38,815 nucleotides of DNA from NCBI GenBank assembly GCA_900617105.1, contig UYFQ01000030.1, positions 1 through 38,815 of the forward strand, in the 5' to 3' direction. The position numbers and the translations under genes were made by a program. Shown in pieces: positions 22,517 to 32,422 of this stretch (positions are counted from its first letter, which is position 1; each line of letters opens with the position of its first letter). This DNA comes from Hydrurus foetidus (Eukaryota). The notes under the pieces are model-generated. The model searched no databases, was not told where the DNA came from, and worked only from the letters and a program-made list of their open reading frames with translations.

Positions 22517-24275
22517 CTACTCCCAATGAATGCACGCATGTGAATTCTTTGACTGCTCCTGAACCCACTCTAATCCTTTCTGCAGGAAATTCAGAATTGG
22601 AAGAAGTTGTCTGTACGTCAATTCGTCTTTTATGACTTTGTTTGTACCTTCCAGTCCATTTGTGTTTACAACACAGTTGTGGGCGTGTCCTGATGTCCAA
22701 TTTCCAAGTCGCTCATTGCACCATTCCGACTTAAAATGCTCAGTAATACTAAGCACAACAGGGTTTGGATGCTGTTCCCACTTTTTGAAAAATAGGGCTT
22801 TCAGCAGGATTGCAACTGCAGGTGTCCATGCATAGGAAATTGCATTTATATCCTGCATGAATTCAGCTTTAACTTGTAGGTCCACGATTCTCTTCGCGTG
22901 CTTTTCCGTTGCCTTTAAAAATTCATGGCATAAAAATAATTTTGAAAATGAAAAATGAAAAAGTTTCATGTAGAAATCGGATGGGTGATCGAACTTCGAG
23001 GACAGCTTCACACAACGCCAGTATAAGTGCTAAGGAGGATGTACCTTGTACACATGGGCAAAGCACATCAATCTTGACGTTATGGAGTAAAACATTGCGA
23101 TGGTGGCATTGGCAAACGCCTCAGCTCCGTCCCCTGGGTAGGCCGTCGGAAGAAAAGCGGAGGCATGCTCTCAGATTGCGCGAAGGTAGATTTCGCCGAC
23201 CTCCTGCGTCGAGTTTGTAGAGACACCGATGGCCCTGATTTTATAGGGATAAGGTAAATTACATGACAGATACATCTCATTTCATGGAATATTAGCGCCT
23301 GCATACCTCAAATGCCAGACTCTGTTCATGTCGCTTTGGCCGATGAGAGTCAGTGCGTAACCTTCGTGGATTACTTTAAATGTTTCATCAGTCTCGATGG
23401 GCCTCGAGCTGTCAAGCTCGCTGAGAAGTCGTCTCGTAGATAGAACAATCGCAAAAAACGGTTATGCTGCAGGCGTCATGATCTCCACTCTCGGGCTTGA
23501 GTTCGGTTGCCGCTGCAAAGTCGAAGATGTCCTGGAGGCTTCGATCTCCAACGGCCACGCCTCCTCTTTGCTTTTTTTTTATGTTCGATGTATAGCTAGA
23601 TATCATGGCTGTTTTCGGCGTTGGTATAGGGTCTTCATTCGCCAGATTGGCTACCTGCTGTAGTCTGTTGAATTCCCTGACGACCTGAGATAAAGTAATG
23701 ACGTTATGTTGGTTACAGATGTCTTATCTTTTCGGGAATTATATCTGGCGAGCAAGGTGGAATAGAGTACCTTTTTTGGCGCCGCCTGCTCTGAGCCGAA
23801 AAATATCTTTCTGCAGTGCTGTGAGTCCTCTTCCGCGAGCGACTTCCACCTGGTGATTGTACTCGGTTGCCGTAGGTACCTCTATTTCGAAGTGTGGTAT
23901 GTCTTCATTGTAGTCTAGATTTTCTAGTAGTCGACTCCGATATGGGCACGCGGATACAGAGCATCGAAGGTAAGTTACTCGTACTCCGCAATTATGATTC
24001 ATGCGGTGCTTTGAGAGCTTCATCTCCCTCAAGTGCTCATCGACCTGCAAGACTGTACACGATGCAATGATCAGATTAGCTCGTCGGAGTACAATGACTA
24101 TGTTATCAAACAATGACGCAGAAACTTCTTTACCAGTGTCAAAAGTCAGGCTTGATGCCCAATAAAGACCTTGACCGCGGCCGCCCTCAGCTGCTGCATT
24201 GATTGCTGCTACACCTGCATCAATTTCTGGATCCATCGTCAATTGATTTGATTTGATCTCGCTTGTGCTTTGCAC
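22517..24275 (-). pseudogene. MULE transposase fragments
   Basis: YLRCSVSACPYR (WRKY/GCM-like zinc finger); DETFKVIHEGYALTLIGQSDMNRVWH; DGAEAFANA..RLMCFAHV; NTNGLEGTNKVIK. Confidence 0.85.
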
Positions 24276-24649
24276 TTTGCACTGCAGTGTTGCTCAGATA
24301 CCTCTGAATCAACCTACAGATTTGTCCGATATTAGGTGATGTTGGTGAAAAACGTTGGTGGCTGTCAGAAATAGCGATCTTCAACTTTATAGCTGTTTTG
24401 TGTATAAAAAAGTTTCCCATTCCATATTAAAGTTGTAAATTACCAATTAAAGTTGAAATTCTTATTTTATAGTTGCGTAAAAAAATAGTGCAGCCATACA
24501 CCAAAAAAGTGCTATATTCCAGAAAATAGTTGCATTCCATAGATAAAGTTAATTATTCCAGATTTTAGCTGTCCGTTATTGTGGTCCCTTCTCCCTTTGC
24601 CCTCCGCCGTCTGGTTCCCCGTTCCTGCCAAGGCCTCAGTGGAACCACA

Positions 24650-26419
24650 AAGGCCGCTACAAACAGTTTTGGCTTTAAGAGCAGGATAACATAGGTGAGT
24701 AGCATTTAATTTTTAAATCATATCATATGAAATAAAATTATCGGAATAGTTGGCCGTAACCATCACGGCTCTCCCCATGGCGCGCAGCACGCTAGCTGGG
24801 CCTGTCCTGTCCTTATCCTGCACAATAACCGTAACGTTAAGGTGGTGAGATGCTAAGGTCGAAAAAGTTCTTCACTAATAGGTACAAGTGGTTGCACTTC
24901 GAGATGATCGTCAGTCAGATTAAAAACATCATCATCGGAAGTGGCACCCACGTAGTCATGGGCAGGGTTTTTACCCTAGTTTTGTCCCGGCTGAGTGTTG
25001 GGAGGAGGGTTGTGTTCCTGCGGTGGGTTGTATTTACCCCTACCGCTGTACCCACGGCCCTGGTTTTGGTTTGCATTGGGGTTTTGATTTCCCTTTTGCT
25101 TACCTCGACCGCATCCCTGGTTACCATGGTTACCATGGTTACCATAACCAGATTGGTTTTGGGAGTTTCTCCCTCGACCCTGGTTGGAACGATCTTAACC
25201 ATCCAAGGTGTTGGAGTAGTTCCCAGAACCATGGCTGTTCTTGGTGCGCTTGTTGTTGTTACACATCAAGTATAGTATGGAACCTTATGGGTAATACTGG
25301 ACTCGTTCCTCGTATCCTGGAAGGACGAGGTTGAGTTGCCATTCAGTATACCCCACCGCAGCCCAAGCCATCCCCACTGTAGAACTCTCCCACTCAACTT
25401 GATGGTTTGTGTTAGAGTCGGAGTAATACAGGATGGGGCAGTCTGCCAACGTCTGCGACATAGCTCCGCACAACCGGCACGGTCGAAACATCGGTGCGAG
25501 CGGTACTTCAGTGGAAGCACGGACAGAGAGTCCGTGCTGCGTCGGAACGTACGAGCTAGGGGTACGCACTGTCGCAGTGACTGACCTCGACAAAGCGGAG
25601 GGTGTAGGTGAGGGTGCTTTAGCACTCACTCTGCTCGTGTCCTTCTTACCAACATCTGGTGGAACTGCTAATGCAGGAAACGAGTACACCGTCTCCGGGT
25701 TGCCATAGCTTTTGATGAGGTTCATCATTGCCCTAGCCTAAGCAAGAACCTGACCAATGCGTAGCATAGTCGAATACCACATATGAGGTGGGGTGTTGTC
25801 AGCAGCTTTCGCTTTTAGGTAGTCTTGTTCGATTTGACGCGCTTCTCCAAAATCAGGATGAGCTCAGCATGCTGAGTTTCTGTCAATGGTCCCTAGACCT
25901 CTCATAAGTGCTCACAAGTTCGTTGTAACGAGCGAATGTGGTATTCTCATGATCGTGGTTAGCGATCTGATAATGGAAAGGAACTTGTCTAAAGCTCTCT
26001 GCCAGAGTACATTCTCCCAAACCATTTGGCGAGAAGTACTTTATTATCAGTTCGGCTACCTGAAGTACCGACAATTTAGTCTGCCAATCATGGCGTTGTC
26101 GTCTATCGATGATGTTAAATTCAGGATCGATCATGATCCTGAAATTAAGCAATTCTATTGCCTGCTTCTGCATGCAATCACTTAGCTTCATCGAGGGGTA
26201 TCTCTGAGCCTGTTCGTCAAACTCAGTTGCATCAGCTTCATAAATAAAGTTATGCCTGAGAACGAACACCTCACTCTGTTGCATCGTCGAAAGAAAAGCT
26301 GGGAACAGCGAATTCGACAATTATATAGTCGACTCGTTGAGCGCGGCTAAAGCTGCCAGACGTGCAATCTCCTCCTCTTAGGGAGATGGATCAGGGTTTA
26401 GATTAGGGGGTGATGACAT
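24650..26419 (-). pseudogene. gag: E gag and N-terminal protease, with stops and frameshifts
   Basis: ATG at 26419; degenerate knuckle followed by a segment resembling C/D gag; VCSGL motif shared with A/D proteases. Confidence 0.75.
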
Positions 26420-26969
26420 GTCTAATCACTTATCGATATAAATTTCACTTAAACTCACTGAAGATCGATAACCTCTGCTCAGAATTTTTTTCCAGAGCTT
26501 CGCCTCGTTCACGAACGGGTACTTTAACGTTAGTAACAACGAACAAGAGGATTTTAACCAACTCTTGAACTGAAAAGTTCTATGGCGTAAAAGCCAAATT
26601 TAGAGTGGTAGAAAAAGTTGGGTAACTTTAAGGTAGAAGGCGTTGCTCAACGTCGACGAAAAGAAGTCTATCGACTAACTTAGTGTCTCTGGTGATGAAT
26701 CTACGATTCAATCGACCGGCGGAGCAAGCCTTAACTGACTTCTGGGAAGGATAAATCAACTTCTACCAAGAATGTCAAGTTTGGAAGAGCCCAAGCACGG
26801 GGATTCCAAGAAAGCAGGTAATCTGACTTTCTCTAACTTAGACTAGAGTTCTCTGCAGAAGAAAGCAACTCGGAAGTCGTGGAGCCGGTGCTCAGAAGTC
26901 TTATCTACAGGTTGGGACGAGTAGATGGAAGGAGAGGTAGCAGAGAAAAGATTGGACTAATAGCGCTAT

Positions 26970-27176
26970 TGTAGTCCGGATAGGAAAGTAGGTCGATAGA
27001 ATGGAGGTGTTAGTTAGTTACAGGACTAAGCTAGAAGCTAGGATAACTTCTACGAGTAGGCTAGAGCTGGCTAGCAGCTGTGCTAGAGATGTATATGTAC
27101 AGTAGGCGGTAGGATCGGAAGGATCGGGACTAGGTCCGGTACGGCCCGTAGACCCGGTATAGCCGATCCGACCACA
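26970..27176 (-). repeat. E 5' LTR (207 bp)
   Basis: TG..CA on minus strand; TATACCGGGT shared with D LTR; followed by a palindrome as in B/C/F. No partner LTR in window. Confidence 0.75.
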
Positions 27177-27840
27177 GCACTTATTCCGCTTTCACTCAAT
27201 CGAATCATACCACAAGATGTGATAATAGTACAGTATGATAATGCACTCATGTAGGTATAATTAGATGTCAAGAATAGAGATATTAACATGGCTATCGGGA
27301 AGTAGAACAAAATGAGTGATAGCTGAGAGCATGCAAGATTGCAGTTTGCTGCTTTGTTGCTTACAAAGTCAATTGAGCAACCGATGCTTCAAAGAATTAT
27401 TCTGCAGTGGGAGCACCAATTTTGGAGATTTTACAATTACGATTAACTCTTTTCTAATTTGCGTTTTGATGCATCTTAACAGTAAGTTCTAAAGATACTT
27501 ATGCGAAAGTCCACCGCGCTATGTACACCAAAAATCGTACGTAGATCAGTAGAAAAAAGTCATCTTCGTAGTAGTATCGGCAGATAAGTAAAAAATTTCA
27601 GCATCGTTAAAGGCATTGGAAGGTCAGTACAAAACATTAATCTCGATGGTGGTGTAAATTTTGTTGAAGATTGTCAGACGGATCGGTAGATCAGTAAAAA
27701 AAGGATCAAATTGCTGAGTTAAAATTTACTATCCCAACCGAGCTCTACGTTAGTTACCCCAAAATAAAATATTGGCCGTACGGCCCTTTGGGTTCCAATT
27801 GAATTGCTGGCAACGCGCAACCAAGGGGGTATAGAGAGAG

Positions 27841-30003
27841 AGGGGGCGGATCTCGCACTCAGGCCACCGGAAAAAATTCTCACATGCCTCCCACCCAACA
27901 TCGAACTACCAGTGCTATCTCAGTAATTTATATCACCATGCAGCCCTCAATCACACGCATACTGCAGAAGAACTGCAGCAGCTGCCGTAATGAGGTAAGT
28001 TTCTCTTGAACGACCATGACCAGCGGCGTGATTTGGCCATGATGCTTTGAATGCGATCTCAGTCTTCTGCCAGAAATTAGTCTATTGCACAAAGCAATTT
28101 TTAAAAACCATCTGTCATACTTCGCCATGTGAAATTAAATCTGTCATACTTCGACAGATTCATGTCCATTGCTTCACGATATGACTCCCAAAATTTCACA
28201 GATTTAACCTGGAAATTGAAATTTTTATGACCATATTCCACTTACTGTCAGCATTCTCTGAAGCATCACCTCATCCATTAACTAAATGCCAATTACTGCC
28301 TTGACAGGAACATCTCCGCTTCATAACACTGTTATGAGCAACAACGCCGTGCCCAATAGGAGTCCCGCCGCGTCAAATTGAGGCTGGGACCTCGCTGCGG
28401 GCTCGAATCGATGGCCACCGATATATCGGGACTATCGTGTTTGGAAGGTACCGCCGTCACCAAATCTCCTTAAATATAGAAGATATCGACACTGTATAAT
28501 GTCCATTCCTTCTTTCTGATCAAAATCTCTGCAGGACTTCGTCTCGCTGGGATTTACTGCCGAGGTTGCGTTGCTCAAGACACCAAATTTACTACTCTTC
28601 CTTGAATTACTGGCGCAGTGCAAAAATTGAAGGAACCATGATGGTCAAATTAGTATAAACAGCATTGACGCATGTGGTGAGTTACGACATGGCCTAGCAA
28701 CTCCAAGATGGGCCAAGGAACCTTCTAGGGTAAAAAACGGCAAAGCGAAACGGTCGCTTGGGAGTACAACTTTTTGAAAATTGGGTGGGAGGCATGTGAG
28801 AATCTTTAACCGACAGAGGGTCGGTGTATTTAGACCGTAGATGTGTACGTACAAATATTTTGATGGATCATCTCTACAGGCGGGGCTTCAAATCGACGAG
28901 GTAAATACATGCTCGAAAGGTGGTGTCCTTACACCAACTATTCACAATACTTCGACGTTGTTGGATATCCTAGGTAGGTTGAGCAACTTCTTTGCATCCC
29001 GATAGTTGTGCATCTCTGAAAACTAGCAAAATTGAAGATAGCGATTTCCTGTAATCTGTGTTTCTGAAATTTCATTTTTTGTAGAATGCCTCTCAAGAAG
29101 CGTGGTTTGCATGGCTTGACGAGTCCTCTATCAGCCAGTGGTTATTGAATAGTTGCTCATCAGGTACGAATGCAAAGTTTCGTCGCTGCAAAATTTTCAA
29201 CTCATTATTCTATGGTCGAAAAATTACCAGTTTACGATGCATGCACTGAAAAATCGCCCTGCATACTCTAAAACAGCTAATAGCTTCGTTCAAAGTGAAG
29301 TTTGACCTCGCCCGTCATCCTGAAATACATTTACTACTGTAGGAGCAGATTTTTGATGCTAGCCGAGCTGTGATGCTCTCTCCAGCTTCGGAGAGAATTG
29401 GTCTTCGAGCACATCAGGTGAGAAAGTCTCGGCAAATTTGACATTGAACTCATTTCAACTCGGATTTTACTTCTGAAAATGGATCTAATCTTCAAACATG
29501 CCTTACAATCCAGGGTGGAAATCGTGGAGCAATCGGAGCTGCATCACAGGACTCAGTCGCGGAGGGCAGAGTTAGATAATAGATTTTATACGTAAATACG
29601 CTTGCTTTTTACAAACTTCAGCGACATCCAAGAATGTTGAAACTAATTGTACATATAGGACTATATTCTTATTTTTTCTAAATTGAAATAGGGTTCAGAA
29701 TTTTCCAATTACTCGGGCAATTAGATTTTCGCAAAATACACTCTGTAAGAAGTATTCTAGGGGATCAGTTGCGGTGATTTTTTGTATCTTCCGCAAATGA
29801 TCATGATTTCTCAAAAATTGATTCTCATTTCTAAATAGAAACAGGAGGGATCAAGCAATCACAAATCCAATTGAACACGTTGCGAGAAGATTCGTCATTA
29901 AACTTACTTAGCAGGAAGCATCCGCCTCAAAGCCCTCGGCAGTTACGGTCGGTTCGTTATGCACAGCATACACCAATTTTTTCCGGTGGCCTGAATGCGA
30001 GAT
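27841..30003. mobile_element. Probable non-autonomous TIR DNA transposon (hAT-like terminus), right TIR cut by the Ngaro insertion
   Basis: 29-bp inverted repeat with 1 mismatch, 27850-27878 vs 29975-30003; left end AGGGGGCGGATC; further inverted pair 27876-27898 / 28781-28803; no transposase recognised. Confidence 0.55.
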
Positions 30004-30232
30004 TCTGAAGGTGGGAGTAGTGAGCGGATCCCAACATGGGTTCTCTGGACTGTAGAGAAGATTTCCAAGTCGTGAAATTCCTGGATCTCGCTGTGATTTT
30101 CATTTTGAAACCTGAACTTCGCACAAGCGTGCAGCACTGAATTGCGTACCTGCCAATACTGTAGCCTAGAATGCAGCATACTGAATTGCACAATTCGTGA
30201 ATACTGCGGTGCCAAGTACCGAGCTTTTTTCA
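30004..30232 (+). repeat. Ngaro repeat A1 (229 bp)
   Basis: 1 mismatch to 36462-36690. Confidence 0.95.
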
Positions 30233-30326
30233 GTTTTCAGTTTCTAGAGAGGTCAACTTACAGAGGGTTGCCAAAAAAGTTGCAAAAATTTCTCTAGTCT
30301 CAGCGAATTGGAGCCGCAAAAGTACC

Positions 30327-32422
30327 ATGAGCGCACCCGCAGACGACATTGCGAACATTCTAGTTGACATCTATAATCAGGACTACGAATCGACAATCGT
30401 CTCCAGCAATTCGTCCGCGAAAGTGTCGAGGAAAAGGCACAATAGGGACACAGATGCAGTGGTGGGTCCGTTATTCAGCATCATTTCCGACACAGTGGAT
30501 GCGAGATTGAAGGCAGCAGCCACGATGGCAGTTGGCATTGAAACGGAAGCGGGACATCGTTTTGCCACAGAGCTTTCATCAAAGCTGAGAGCAGCCGATG
30601 TAGAGCCGGCAACGTACATTATGTGGCCCGCAGAGGATCTGGATGAGGGGGAGATCCTGAATGGAGATACATCGGCAGACCTGAATTGGGTGCTAGCCAC
30701 CATCATATCTACTTCACCAACGACGACGCGGGCTAGGATTCTCGGCACTCTGTATGGAGACAAAACGGTGCGCGTAGGAGCCTTCGTGAGATTTAACACG
30801 CCGACATATTTTATCACACCTCGGGGCATTAATGTCGAGGCTGCAGTGGAATGTCTTTCGACGATTGAAAATGGGGTCGTGGTGGAGACACCGAGCATAG
30901 AGGAGCCCGACGGATCGAGCGCCACGGTGTGGCATTCTGCCTTGTGCGAACATCCTGTTCTACCATTCCGCTACAAAAGGGAGGGCGGAGTGGTAGAACA
31001 GTGTGTTCGCACAAGGCAGAATGCCACATTGGTCTCACTTCTTTCTTGCCTTTTTGTTCGTGCTATTGTTTCTTTATTATTGTCGCGGTAACGGGTGTCG
31101 ACCTCGTGACCCGTGGTAGCCATGGGCGTTGTCGGGTTTAAGATCCTTCTGCTCTACCGCTCCACCGTTCTAGCGCCACAATGGTTGAGTGGTAGAGCAA
31201 AAAGAACATAGACCCGCCAGCGCCCATTGCTACCACGGGTCACGAGCTCGAAACCCGTCTTCACGACAAATAAATCAAACAAACGCACAAAACAAAGGCA
31301 AGAAAGAAGTGAGACCAATGTGGCATTGTGCCTTGTGCGAACATCCTGTTCTACCATTCCGCTACAACGGTTTTTAAAAAAACAGGTGAGGTTATAGCTA
31401 GAGGTTATCTAGACGACTTAGATGGAGGACGCCGGCTGTGTCGGGACATGACTCAGTCGTCGAAGAGGGAGGCAATATTGGGACCAGTCTGGAGACTGAC
31501 GAAAGGGAGAGAACTTGAAGTTGCTGGGAGAGGAAATCTTCTCCAGGTAGAAGAGTACTTACGATGCATCTGGGCAGCAGCTATCGATCCATCTTTGGAC
31601 ATGATGGGACCGTACTCAAGTGCCCCCCTAATATTTCAAATCACTACGCTGAAAGTGACAACGGAGGTTGCAACCCTCACATCCTTCCTTCAGGCGAAGT
31701 TCGGACGGGGAGGGAATATCCTTCTAAGTGACTTCCGGTTATCACCAGCACTCGCCCTGCAGAGCAAACCCACCCTACAGGGTCGTCGCCAGGTAGCAGA
31801 AGACCTGTCGACTCTTGAAATGGCCATGCGGGTGTTCTACTCCAGAGACTTTTTGGACTGCTTTCAGCAAACACGGGTGGCCCTATCAGGAGCGTTGGAT
31901 CCGTTAAAACTCGTTCCAGACGATCTGTTACAGCACTCAATCGAGGGTTGCTTGGAGCGATGGGGCACATCAGTTCGGACGGAACGACAGTCGCGATCCT
32001 TCCCACTGCTCACAATGCAAACACCAGCTGGCTGCGCGGACCTACTCAAGGCGATGATGGACGCAACGGTGCAAAGCCTCTGCGGTGACAAGGTTCTCCT
32101 ACAGGACCTACACTTCAGGACCTACATCAGGCCTGCCTTAGCACTAACACCTCATAAGGGCGCGACAACCACAATTCCGAAGGCAGGAAAGAAAGGGGTT
32201 GCCAGTGATGGTGCGAGCACCATCTGCTCGTACGACTTGCTTGCACAACTCAAGGTCAAGGCAGAGAGTGGCAAGTTAGTGGTGTGCACGAGAGGTGCAG
32301 CGTGTCCAAAGGAACGCACGAATATATCCGCCCTTTCCAAGGCGGATGTCTCCGCCGCTCTTAAATGGTTACCAGAAACTTTGCGAATGGTGGCGTTAAC
32401 AAAAATTAGAGGAAAGGTGTAG
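30327..32422 (+). pseudogene. gag: Ngaro ORF1/gag-like (550 aa once the mini-element is removed)
   Basis: 30327-30927 joined to 31371-32422 is one open frame (..DGSSATVFKKTGE..); C-terminal Cys cluster. Confidence 0.8.
30928..31366. mobile_element. Mini fold-back tRNA-derived non-autonomous element, copy 2 (439 bp) with 48-bp terminal direct repeats
   Basis: TG..CA repeats at 30928-30975 and 31319-31366 (1 mismatch); TSD ACGG (30924-30927 / 31367-31370); imperfect palindrome 30985-31362. Confidence 0.9.

Larger units (their letters stand above)
21879..24588 (-). mobile_element. Mutator-like (MULE) DNA transposon, degenerate
   Basis: 10-bp TSD TTCTCCCTTT (21869-21878 / 24589-24598); imperfect TIRs sharing CTAAAATCTGGAA and CTATGGAAT; transposase motifs on minus strand. 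Confidence 0.88.
11752..24649 (+). mobile_element. Element D: degenerate Ty3/Gypsy chromovirus hosting A(+B), C, a mini-element and a MULE; itself inserted in E's protease
   Basis: CHTCGRSGHNRYNC knuckle, IDTG protease, RT/RH/IN/chromo fragments with stops, PPT 21693-21705, split 3' LTR. Confidence 0.88.
21706..24649 (+). repeat. D 3' LTR, split by the MULE into 21706-21878 and 24599-24649
   Basis: TGTGAC after PPT; ends ACCACA like A/C; E protease sequence begins immediately after. Confidence 0.8.
24650..27176 (-). mobile_element. Element E: 5' part (LTR, leader, gag, start of protease) of a degenerate Gypsy element; remainder displaced beyond the left edge by D
   Basis: LTR TGTGG..CTACA; gag with CRLCGAMSQTLADC; protease-like VMVTANYSDNFIS..KTVCSGL cut at the D junction. 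Confidence 0.82.

Noticed and set aside
27177..29970. Host gene or transposase in the inter-element region
   Set aside because: Only short ORFs without recognisable motifs; a spliced or decayed gene cannot be excluded by eye
29943..30215. Duplicated small minus-strand ORFs (also 36334-36691) and other short shadow ORFs
   Set aside because: By-products of the Ngaro A repeats or of overlap with real TE genes; no independent coding evidence
30928..31366. Hammerhead retrozyme or CRISPR-like repeat
   Set aside because: No CUGANGA/GAAA core found on either strand; repeats are not regularly spaced with unique spacers; context is eukaryotic
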